Positions 28,273 to 37,103 of a stretch of 64,000 nucleotides of DNA are shown here, piece by piece. A program made the translations under genes and the position numbers. How positions within the stretch are numbered: the stretch's first letter is position 1; the number at the start of each line of letters is the position of its first letter. The notes under the pieces were generated by a model that saw nothing but the letters and a program-made list of their open reading frames with translations, had not been told where the DNA came from and searched no databases. The stretch is from an uncultured Catenibacillus sp. Lineage in GTDB: Bacteria; Bacillota; Clostridia; Lachnospirales; Lachnospiraceae. The stretch lies in NCBI GenBank assembly GCA_934339005.1, contig CAKRHR010000002.1:41675-105674 (forward strand), read 5' to 3'.

Positions 28273-29594
28273 TGATAGATAAGAATAATTCAATCGAAGT
28301 TCGTGATGTGACGAAAAAATTTAAAGTTTATTTTGATAAAGGCGCACAGCTTAAAGAACGATTATTATTCCGTAATCGAAACAGATATGAAGAACGCTGG
28401 GTATTAAACGGTGTCAGCTTCAATGTCAAAAAAGGTGAAGCCATTGGTTTGATCGGACATAACGGATGCGGAAAAAGTACAACTTTAAAGCTTTTGACAA
28501 GAATTATGTATCCGGATTCAGGTACCATTGAGATGCAGGGACGTGTATCCAGTCTGATTGAACTTGGTGCAGGATTTCATCCGGATATGAGTGGCCGTGA
28601 AAATATTTATACGAATGCTGCCATTTTTGGATTGACAAAAAAAGAAATTGATGAACGTTTGGATGATATTATCGAATTTTCGGAGATGGCACCGTTTTTG
28701 GATAATCCGGTACGAACATATTCATCCGGTATGTATATGCGACTGGCATTTTCTGTAGCCATTAACGTGAATGCAGATATTTTGTTAATTGATGAGATCC
28801 TGGCTGTTGGTGATGTGAATTTCCAGGCAAAGTGCTTTAATAAACTTAGAGAAATTAAGGCGCAAGGTACAACAATTGTGATCGTATCACATTCAATGGG
28901 TCAGATTGAACAGATTTGTGACCGAACTATATGGATTCATGATGGAAAAATCAAGATGGAGGGTAAACCAAGAGATGTAGACCCAGCCTACCTTGATTTT
29001 ATGGGTCAGCAAAGACAGGATATTGCACAGCAGGCGCAAAAGCATCAGGAACAAAAAGCCCAGGCACAGAAAGAAAAAGAACAGAAAAAGACTGAAGATA
29101 AATCGAATGATGTTAGCGCGGCTGAAGTCGAAGCGAATACGAAAAAGGCTGAAAACAGTGAAAAATTAAAGAAACGCTGGGGAAATGGTAAAGCCAGAAT
29201 TACATCAGTAAAAATGTGTGATGCAAGTGGTCAGAAAAAGACAGTGTTTTCTACAGGCGAGCAAGTTTCTATATGTTTAGAATATGAACTGATTGAAAAA
29301 GTTCAGGATGCTGTTTTTGGTATTGGTATTTTCAGAGGTGATGGGCTTCAGTGTTATGGTACGAATACACGTATTGAGCAATTTGATAAATTTGACCTTA
29401 CAAAAGATGGAAATGTAAAAATCAATATTGACCAGATGAATCTACTTCCAGGACAATACACACTGGATATTGCGATTGAGTCAGATGATGCGACACCTGT
29501 AGATTATTATAAAGAGTCTTATAAATTTGAGATATTCTCAAGCATTGGTGATGTCGGGGTTGCAAGACTTGGTCATACATGGGAGGTAGAATAA
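28272..29594 (+). CDS. ABC polysaccharide-export ATPase (Wzt/TagH/RgpD-like) with a Q/K/E-rich linker and a C-terminal Wzt-C-like putative glycan-binding domain
   Basis: Walker A GHNGCGKST, signature YSSGMYMRLAF and Walker B ILLIDE. A charged linker of about 70 aa (QQRQDIAQQAQKHQEQKAQAQKEKEQKK..), then a roughly 140-aa beta-rich domain (ARITSVKMCDASG..FSTGEQVSICLEY..). TAATG overlap with the permease. Confidence 0.85.
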   Translation: MIDKNNSIEVRDVTKKFKVYFDKGAQLKERLLFRNRNRYEERWVLNGVSFNVKKGEAIGLIGHNGCGKSTTLKLLTRIMYPDSGTIEMQGRVSSLIELGAGFHPDMSGRENIYTNAAIFGLTKKEIDERLDDIIEFSEMAPFLDNPVRTYSSGMYMRLAFSVAINVNADILLIDEILAVGDVNFQAKCFNKLREIKAQGTTIVIVSHSMGQIEQICDRTIWIHDGKIKMEGKPRDVDPAYLDFMGQQRQDIAQQAQKHQEQKAQAQKEKEQKKTEDKSNDVSAAEVEANTKKAENSEKLKKRWGNGKARITSVKMCDASGQKKTVFSTGEQVSICLEYELIEKVQDAVFGIGIFRGDGLQCYGTNTRIEQFDKFDLTKDGNVKINIDQMNLLPGQYTLDIAIESDDATPVDYYKESYKFEIFSSIGDVGVARLGHTWEVE

Positions 29595-30523
29595 TGATAG
29601 GTGAGAGGGAAAAGTTTTCTCAGAAATTCATAAAAAAATTTATGAAAGAAGAAATTGAAAAAACTGTTGAAAAAGAAGTCCAAAAAAGATTTATTGAGAT
29701 TGAAAAGCAGCTCAATAAAGTGAAAGAAGATATCCCTGTTCAGGTTAAAAATACAATCAATGAACATCAATTTGATGAACGGATGATTCAGGCAGAAAAG
29801 AATTTAAGAAGCATTAATCAGTATATTGAATCAAAAGAAAATAAAAATCAGGATGATGGTGCGATAGATTATTTTGATTTTGAAAATTATTTCCGTGGTC
29901 CAAGAGAAATGATCAAGGAATGGCAAAAAGTTTATCTGCCTTACTTTGAAGGACATAAAAATGTGCTGGATATCGGCTGCGGCAGAGGTGAATTCCTTGA
30001 ATTAATGACTGAACATGGTATAGATGCCACAGGTATAGATCTTTATGATAAATTTGTAGATTATTGCAAGAGCCTTGGGCTTAAAGTTGTGTTGTCAGAC
30101 GGTATAGCATATCTTGGCGCACAGGAGCAGGTCGGTGGCATATTTGCATCACAGGTGATTGAACATTTGCCATCAGACAAAATGATTGAATTTTGCAGAC
30201 TAGCTTATCAAAAACTTGAAAAGGGTGCATATTTGATATTGGAAACACCGAATCCAATGTGTCTGTCTATATTTACACATGCATTTTATATTGATCCTTC
30301 GCACAACAAACCGGTGCATCCATTAACTGTTAAATATATATTGGAACGAGCAGGGTATAGTGAAATTCAGATTATTTATCCTGAAGTCAGCAAATATCCG
30401 GAACAGATTCCGATGCTTAAAGGTGATGGTATAGAAAATATAGATGAATTTAATGCTGCAATTGTCAAGCTTAATGATGTACTTTATGGTCATCAGGATT
30501 ATGCGATTATTGCTAAAAAATAG
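29594..30523 (+). CDS. Class I SAM-dependent methyltransferase with a roughly 95-aa N-terminal charged coiled-coil-like extension
   Basis: SAM motif I VLDIGCGRGEF. The N-terminus EKFSQKFIKKFMKEEIEKTVEKEVQKRFIEIEKQLNKVKED.. is heptad-like. TAATG overlap with Wzt. Confidence 0.8.
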   Translation: MIGEREKFSQKFIKKFMKEEIEKTVEKEVQKRFIEIEKQLNKVKEDIPVQVKNTINEHQFDERMIQAEKNLRSINQYIESKENKNQDDGAIDYFDFENYFRGPREMIKEWQKVYLPYFEGHKNVLDIGCGRGEFLELMTEHGIDATGIDLYDKFVDYCKSLGLKVVLSDGIAYLGAQEQVGGIFASQVIEHLPSDKMIEFCRLAYQKLEKGAYLILETPNPMCLSIFTHAFYIDPSHNKPVHPLTVKYILERAGYSEIQIIYPEVSKYPEQIPMLKGDGIENIDEFNAAIVKLNDVLYGHQDYAIIAKK

Positions 30524-30538
30524 AAACCTTGGAGGTAT

Positions 30539-31030
30539 ATGATGGAAGAACAGATGAAATCAATTAACGTTGAAGAAATCATGGCAGAAATTCGCCTGAA
30601 TATAGAAAAAAGAGGGGAAACACCGGATATTTTAGATTTTGATGAGGCCGAGGCTGACAAAGTGTGTGCGGGTGGCTTTAAGGGCAGCGTGCGCTATGAT
30701 GAAAATGTATTACATCAGGCACTTTCAAGAGCAAATGAAGAACATAATATTCCATATTATCAGATGATTCCTGCCGGCGGCTTTAAATCTTTTGTCAAAC
30801 GCAGTATCCGAAAAGTCATTGCATTTATCGTGCTGCCGCTCAGAGATGCGCAGAATCGTTATAATGCATATACAGTCGAGACAATGATGCAGTTAGAAGC
30901 ATGTACATTGATGCAGCAGGAGATGCTTAAAAAGCAGGAAGAAGATCTGGAAAAAATGACAGAACGTCTTCAGAAATTGGAAAAGAAATGTGAACAGTTA
31001 CTTTCCGAAAGAGAAAATGGAGAAATGTAA
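30539..31030 (+). CDS. Hypothetical soluble coiled-coil protein (163 aa)
   Basis: No TM segment. C-terminus ..MQQEMLKKQEEDLEKMTERLQKLEKKCEQLLSERENGE. The ATG doublet at 30539/30542 follows GGAGG. No family recognised. Confidence 0.55.
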   Translation: MMEEQMKSINVEEIMAEIRLNIEKRGETPDILDFDEAEADKVCAGGFKGSVRYDENVLHQALSRANEEHNIPYYQMIPAGGFKSFVKRSIRKVIAFIVLPLRDAQNRYNAYTVETMMQLEACTLMQQEMLKKQEEDLEKMTERLQKLEKKCEQLLSERENGEM

Positions 31031-32239
31031 ATGAAACCAAGAGTTTGTTTTGTTGTACAACGATATGGATTAGAAGTTAATGGCGGTGCGGAGTTGCAGA
31101 GCAGACAGATGGCAGAGCATTTACTTCCGTATTGTGATGTTGATGTATTAACTTCAAAAGCGATAGATTACATGACATGGAAAGATGAGTATACAAATGA
31201 AACTGAAATTATCAATGGCGTTCATATTCGTCGTTTTAGTGTTGGGCATCCAAGAGATATTTCAGAATTTAATATCATTAATCAGCGCTTCATGGATAGC
31301 ATTCATACAACACCGGAGCAGGAACAGGAATGGGTGGACGCACAGGGACCATATCTGCCGAATTTGATAGAATATATCAGAAAACATAAAAATGATTATG
31401 ATGCATTTGTATTTTTCACATATCTGTATTATCAAACAGTGATGGGTGTGCAGGAAGTTAAAGATAAAGCTATTGTTATTCCGGAAGCACATGATGAACC
31501 GTTTATGCGTATGCGTATTTTTGAGAATGTTTTCAGATTTCCTAAAGCGTTTTTCTTTAATACGGCTGAGGAACGTCAACTTGTCCACAGAAAATATTAT
31601 AACCATTTTGTCAGAGACGATTTGGGTGGTGTTGGCATAGAAATGCCGGAAAAGGTATGTGCAAAAGATTTTATACAAAAATACGGCATTGATAATTATA
31701 TTATTTATGTTGGTCGAATTGATGAAGGTAAAAATTGTCGTCAGTTATTTGATGATTTTATTGCATACAAGAAAAAACACCCATCTGACCTTAAATTAGT
31801 TTTAATGGGTAAAGAAGTCATTCCTGTACCTGAGTGTGATGATATTGTTTCACTTGGATTTGTCAGTGACCAGGATAAATTTGATGGTATTGCAGGTGCA
31901 AAATTGCTCGTATTACCATCTAAGTTTGAGAGTCTTTCAATGGTAGTACTTGAAGCCTTTTCATTGGATGTCCCGGTTCTTGTTAATGGTGTGTGTGAAG
32001 TACTTAAAGCACATTGCCAGAAAAGTAATGGTGGTTTTTATTATGAAACATCTGAAGAATTTGAAGCTATGCTGGACTATATGATCAAGCATGAAGATAT
32101 TCGGAAAATCATGGGACAGCATGGACATCGGTATGCAGATGAAAATTATCAGTGGGATGTTGTTATTCGAAGATTATATACATTAATTCAATATGTCATG
32201 GATGAAAATAAAAAAGAGTGTCAGGAGAGAAGCAGATGA
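31031..32239 (+). CDS. GT4 glycosyltransferase
   Basis: ESLSMVVLEAFSLDVPVLVNG (E-x7-E). The start abuts the upstream TAA. Confidence 0.8.
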   Translation: MKPRVCFVVQRYGLEVNGGAELQSRQMAEHLLPYCDVDVLTSKAIDYMTWKDEYTNETEIINGVHIRRFSVGHPRDISEFNIINQRFMDSIHTTPEQEQEWVDAQGPYLPNLIEYIRKHKNDYDAFVFFTYLYYQTVMGVQEVKDKAIVIPEAHDEPFMRMRIFENVFRFPKAFFFNTAEERQLVHRKYYNHFVRDDLGGVGIEMPEKVCAKDFIQKYGIDNYIIYVGRIDEGKNCRQLFDDFIAYKKKHPSDLKLVLMGKEVIPVPECDDIVSLGFVSDQDKFDGIAGAKLLVLPSKFESLSMVVLEAFSLDVPVLVNGVCEVLKAHCQKSNGGFYYETSEEFEAMLDYMIKHEDIRKIMGQHGHRYADENYQWDVVIRRLYTLIQYVMDENKKECQERSR

Positions 32240-33300
32240 GAATTGTACAAATGCTGCCGGTATTTGCATTCGGGGATGCGATAGGAAATGATACATTAGC
32301 CTTAGATAAAGCGTTAAAAGATAATGGATATGAATCAGCAATTTATGCAGAACATGTGGATGACCGTGTGAAATATGCCGCAGATATGATAGCTGAATAT
32401 GATAACAGACCTGATGACATTATTTTATTTCATTTATCAACCGGTGCAGATATGAATTACAAAATTTCAGAATATGATAATCCTTTGATTGTTATGTATC
32501 ATAATATTACACCGGGGTCTTTCTTTGAAAAATATGACATGAATGCATACAATGTTTGCGAGAGTGGACGCAGGGCGGCAAAATATTTAAAAAAGAAAGC
32601 AACAATATGCATCGCAGATTCTGAATATAATAAGCAGGAATTAGTAGAGATGGGATATGAATGTCCGATCGAAGTTTTACCGATTTTGATTGCATTTGAT
32701 GATTATCAGAAAAAACCGACAGAATCTGTCATTGAAAAATACAAAGACGGATATACAAACATTGTGTTTACAGGTCGTGTGGCACCAAATAAAAAGCATG
32801 AAGATCTGATTGCAACATTTTCATACTATAAAAAATATATTAATCCAAAATCGAGATTACTTCTTGTTGGAAGATATGATTTCTTCCCTGAATATTATAG
32901 ACGGCTTCAAAAATATGTGGAGCAACTCGGTGTTGAAGATGTGATCTTTACAGGTCAGGTTAAATTTCCGGATATTCTTGCATATTACAAGGTGGCGGAT
33001 GTGTTTTTGTGTTTGAGTGAGCATGAAGGCTTTTGCGTGCCGCTTGTTGAATCAATGATGTTTGATGTACCTGTAATTGCGTATGATAGCTGTGCAGTCG
33101 GTGAAACATTAGGAGGCAGCGGTTTGTTGCTCAATGATAAAACACCTGCAGTTGTTGCAGAAGCGATTGAACGTGTAAGAACAGATGAGTGTTTGAAACA
33201 GACAATTATTGAAAACCAGAAAATTCGATTAAAATATTTTGAGCATAGCCGTATTAATGCGCAGTTTATAGATATTATTAATAGACTGGTACAAAATTAG
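32236..33300 (+). CDS. GT4 glycosyltransferase
   Basis: EGFCVPLVESMMFDVPVIAYD. ATGA overlap with the upstream gene and an AGGAGAGA RBS. Confidence 0.8.
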   Translation: MRIVQMLPVFAFGDAIGNDTLALDKALKDNGYESAIYAEHVDDRVKYAADMIAEYDNRPDDIILFHLSTGADMNYKISEYDNPLIVMYHNITPGSFFEKYDMNAYNVCESGRRAAKYLKKKATICIADSEYNKQELVEMGYECPIEVLPILIAFDDYQKKPTESVIEKYKDGYTNIVFTGRVAPNKKHEDLIATFSYYKKYINPKSRLLLVGRYDFFPEYYRRLQKYVEQLGVEDVIFTGQVKFPDILAYYKVADVFLCLSEHEGFCVPLVESMMFDVPVIAYDSCAVGETLGGSGLLLNDKTPAVVAEAIERVRTDECLKQTIIENQKIRLKYFEHSRINAQFIDIINRLVQN

Positions 33301-33317
33301 CATGAGGATGAACAACG

Positions 33318-35051
33318 ATGAATAATCAGAAGGATTCTATCTATGAAAATATGAATAGAAAAAATATGTTATGTGTATTTTTTCTGGGCGTACTTATCGG
33401 AACAGTTTATTTTTTGGCAATTTATGGTATCAGGCCATTAAATGTATGTGACGATTCATGGCTGTTATCCGGAGGAGATTTAAGTCAGCATTATTTTGGC
33501 TGGTGCTTTTATCGTAATTCACCGTGGCAATATCCTATAGGAATGATTGACGGATTAATGTATCCGGATAAGTTATGCATTACGTATACAGATTCCATTC
33601 CTTTATTTGCGATTGTATTTAAAGTTTTATCACCGATATTGCCAAAAACATTTCAGTACTTTGGATTATGGGGTATATTTTCTTATATGATGCTTGGAGG
33701 ACTTTCTTCAATCTTAATTCGTAAAGTTACTCCGAAATGGTATTTATGCGGTGTTGGTTCTGCATTTTTTGTGATGTCACCATATGTTTTGCAGCGAATG
33801 TTTAAACACACATCACTTGCGGGACAGTGGATAATAATTGCTGCGCTTATAATCGTAGTATATAAACCGTTTTTCAATAGCTTTAGAAGACAATTAACAG
33901 CATGGGCAGCATTATTATTTATAGCGGCTTTTACACATATTTATTTTGTGCCGATGGTTGCAATATTCATGTTCGGGTTTTGCGTGGAAGATGTTCTTGC
34001 AAATGCCAGCCATATTGGAAAAAGTTTTTTGAAAAATCTGTGCCTGGGTATTTGTTCATGCATTCCGGCATTAATAGGACTGAAATTACTCGGAAGTTTT
34101 GATGGTACAAGCAATCTGTCAGCAGATGGACTTGGTGAGTATAGTGCCAATTTGAATGTTTTGTTTAATCCCCTGGGATATGCAGGACACAACATATTTC
34201 CTATATTAAAATCACTTCAGACACAGTACGAAGGTTTTGGTTATCTTGGTGCAGGCATAATCTTACTTGCTATTTCTATTTTGTTTTATAAAATATTTGC
34301 GTCTTTTTTGAAAAAGAAATTGCAAAAATCAGTTCCGGTTAAAGATAACCCAGAAAATAAGAAGCAGATTTTTGGCAGATGGATAAAAAAGCATGCATTT
34401 GCGATAGCAATGATTATAGTGAGTATCATATTTATAGTGTTTGCGCTTAGTCCGGTAATTACTTGGGGAGATCAGGAATTGATGACCATTCACTATCCTG
34501 GTTTTGTCATAAAAATCTGGTCAATGTTTAGAGCTACAGGACGATTTATCTGGTGTATTGATTATATTATTTTTACATGGGCGCTTATGGGCGTTATGCG
34601 TATTGGCGAGAAAATAATATCGATGATTCTTCTGTTTGCATGTTTTGCAGTCCAGGTGTATGATCTGATGCCATTAATGTCGATGTCTCATTATTGGTCT
34701 GCATCTCTTGAATCCACTTTAATGCCATTAAATGATGAACATTGGAATCAGTGGGCAGATCAGTACAAACATATTCAGTTCATGCCATACAATATTTGCC
34801 TTGCACATCAGGAATGGATGTTTAGCCTGGCTGATTATGCCAAAGATCATCATATGACACTAAATTACTATGTTTCAGCCAGATCAGATTTTGAACGCTT
34901 AGAGGCTGTTACGCAGGAAGCATACACAGAACTTTCAAGAGGAGAAGGTCAGACAGATACATTGTATATTTTTATGGATGAACAATCTGCAAAAGATAGT
35001 CATTTAAATATCTATAATGTCGATGGTATGTTTGTCGGTACGACCGATTAG
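33318..35051 (+). CDS. Polytopic membrane protein, putative GT-C-fold glycosyltransferase (about 12 TM plus a C-terminal extracytoplasmic domain)
   Basis: Hydrophobicity pattern. Acidic motif (..NVCDDSWLLSGGD..) directly after TM1. A C-terminal soluble region of about 120 aa. No named family recognised with confidence. Confidence 0.5.
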   Translation: MNNQKDSIYENMNRKNMLCVFFLGVLIGTVYFLAIYGIRPLNVCDDSWLLSGGDLSQHYFGWCFYRNSPWQYPIGMIDGLMYPDKLCITYTDSIPLFAIVFKVLSPILPKTFQYFGLWGIFSYMMLGGLSSILIRKVTPKWYLCGVGSAFFVMSPYVLQRMFKHTSLAGQWIIIAALIIVVYKPFFNSFRRQLTAWAALLFIAAFTHIYFVPMVAIFMFGFCVEDVLANASHIGKSFLKNLCLGICSCIPALIGLKLLGSFDGTSNLSADGLGEYSANLNVLFNPLGYAGHNIFPILKSLQTQYEGFGYLGAGIILLAISILFYKIFASFLKKKLQKSVPVKDNPENKKQIFGRWIKKHAFAIAMIIVSIIFIVFALSPVITWGDQELMTIHYPGFVIKIWSMFRATGRFIWCIDYIIFTWALMGVMRIGEKIISMILLFACFAVQVYDLMPLMSMSHYWSASLESTLMPLNDEHWNQWADQYKHIQFMPYNICLAHQEWMFSLADYAKDHHMTLNYYVSARSDFERLEAVTQEAYTELSRGEGQTDTLYIFMDEQSAKDSHLNIYNVDGMFVGTTD

Positions 35052-35096
35052 GGTGATTTACCTATTATAAAAATCTGGATAAAAAGAGGATGAAAG

Positions 35097-35834
35097 ATGA
35101 ATAACTCAGATGTGGAACTTTCCGTTGTGATGCCTGCATACAACGAAGGTGATAAAATCTATAATAACTCAATACATGTAAGTGCTGCAGTTGCAAAATT
35201 CTGTGACAGCTATGAGATCGTCGTTGTTAATGATGGCAGTAAAGATGCTACAAAAACAGAAACTTTAAGGGCACAGGAAAAAGATCATCATATTCGTCTT
35301 GTAACTTATGATGAAAACGGTGGTAAAGGCAAAGCAATCCGTAAAGGTATTGAGACTGCAAAGGGAAAATTCATAGCGATGCTTGATGCGGATCTTGATC
35401 TGCCGCCGGAACAGTTAAAGGATTATATTAATGTACTGCGGGCTGATCAGGCAGACGTTGTGATTGGTTCAAAGATGCATAAAGATTCACAGATTGATTA
35501 TCCGCCTATCCGTAAAGTTATGAGTTTTGGATACTATTGCTTTTTAAGAATGTTATTTCATTTGAAAATTAAAGATACACAGACAGGAATTAAAATGTTT
35601 AAGGCAGAGGTGATCAAACCTATTATTTCGTTAGTACAGACAAAAGGCTTTGCCTATGACATTGAGATTCTTGTTGCGGTAAATTGCAGACGTTATCGCA
35701 TCAAAGAGATGCCGGTTCAGCTTGTATTTACAAGAGGTAACGGTATGGGCAGAATTCATATATCTGATATTTTTAAGATGGTAGGAGATACATTTAAAAT
35801 TTTCAGACGTGCACGTAAGAAAGAATATAACTAG
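35097..35834 (+). CDS. GT2 polyprenyl-phosphate sugar synthase-like glycosyltransferase (DPM1/GtrB-type catalytic domain, no TM helices)
   Basis: LSVVMPAYNEG, VVVNDGSKDAT, GGKGKAIRKGI, LDADLDLPP. Confidence 0.7.
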   Translation: MNNSDVELSVVMPAYNEGDKIYNNSIHVSAAVAKFCDSYEIVVVNDGSKDATKTETLRAQEKDHHIRLVTYDENGGKGKAIRKGIETAKGKFIAMLDADLDLPPEQLKDYINVLRADQADVVIGSKMHKDSQIDYPPIRKVMSFGYYCFLRMLFHLKIKDTQTGIKMFKAEVIKPIISLVQTKGFAYDIEILVAVNCRRYRIKEMPVQLVFTRGNGMGRIHISDIFKMVGDTFKIFRRARKKEYN

Positions 35835-35878
35835 ATTTATCAGAACTTAGACAATAACAAACAAAGGGGTATTTGCAG

Positions 35879-37063
35879 ATGAAAAAAATAGGATTTGTTA
35901 TTCCATGGCATGGATCAAATATTCCTGGCGGTGCAGAGATGGCTTTAAGAGAAGTGACACAGCATCTTGCAGCGGCTGGAGAAAATATAGAAATCTTATC
36001 CACCTGTGTACGTGAGTTTACTGCAGATTGGAATGAAAATTATTATAAACCGGGCGTTACTGTAGAGGATGGTATTACGGTTCGCAGGTTTAAAGTGCGC
36101 AAACGCAATGTCGATGCATTTAACCAGGTTAATATTAAATTGATGCATAATGAAAAAATTACAGATGGTGAAGAAAAAATATTTATTAATGAGATGGTGA
36201 ATAGCCCGGATTTATATAAATATATTTCAAAACATCAGGCGGAATACGATTTATTTGTATATATACCATATATGTTTGGCCCAACATATTTTGGATGTAA
36301 GGCATGTCCTGAAAAATCTGTTTTAATTCCATGTTTTCATGAAGAAGCATATATTTATTTGAATATATTTAAAGATATGTTTTCAAAAGTCAGGGGTATG
36401 ATTTTTAACGCATTACCGGAAAAACAGATTGCAGAGCGTGTATATGATTTGTCACATGTTCGGACAATCGTACCGGGGCTTGGTATGAACACAGGTCTTA
36501 AATGTGATGCGGAACGTTTCAGAAGTAAGTTTGATATCGAGGAACCATTTATATTGTATGCCGGTCGTAAAGATGTCGGTAAAAATATCTATACATTGAT
36601 TCATTATTTTGAACAGTACAAAAAGAGAAATCAAAACGATATGAAGCTTGTTTTGATCGGCGGTGGCCAGGTTAATATCCCGAAAGATATTCAGGATGAT
36701 GTGATCGATCTCGGATTTGTCGATGTGCAAGATAAGTATGATGCCTATGCGGCAGCATTAACATTATGTCAGCCATCAAAACATGAAAGCTTTTCTTATG
36801 TTATTATGGAAAGTTGGCTGTGCAGACGTCCGGTACTTGTGCACAAGGACTGTGATGTTACAAAAAATTTCGCTGTAGAATCTAATGGTGGTTTCTATTT
36901 TGAAAATTATTTCGAATTTGAAGCACAGGTAAACTACTATATTGAACACCCGGATATTGCACTTCAAATGGGTGAAAATGGCAGACAGTATGTATTAAAT
37001 AATTTTGACTGGCCGGTTGTAGTGAAGAAGTATCGGGAGTTTTTTGACGAGTTGAGAAAATAA
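35879..37063 (+). CDS. GT4 glycosyltransferase
   Basis: ESFSYVIMESWLCRRPVLVHKD. ATG 35879 is preferred over the in-frame TTG 35873. Confidence 0.8.
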   Translation: MKKIGFVIPWHGSNIPGGAEMALREVTQHLAAAGENIEILSTCVREFTADWNENYYKPGVTVEDGITVRRFKVRKRNVDAFNQVNIKLMHNEKITDGEEKIFINEMVNSPDLYKYISKHQAEYDLFVYIPYMFGPTYFGCKACPEKSVLIPCFHEEAYIYLNIFKDMFSKVRGMIFNALPEKQIAERVYDLSHVRTIVPGLGMNTGLKCDAERFRSKFDIEEPFILYAGRKDVGKNIYTLIHYFEQYKKRNQNDMKLVLIGGGQVNIPKDIQDDVIDLGFVDVQDKYDAYAAALTLCQPSKHESFSYVIMESWLCRRPVLVHKDCDVTKNFAVESNGGFYFENYFEFEAQVNYYIEHPDIALQMGENGRQYVLNNFDWPVVVKKYREFFDELRK

Positions 37064-37103
37064 AATGATAGAAGTGATTTATATAAACTGAGGAACATAC
37101 ACA

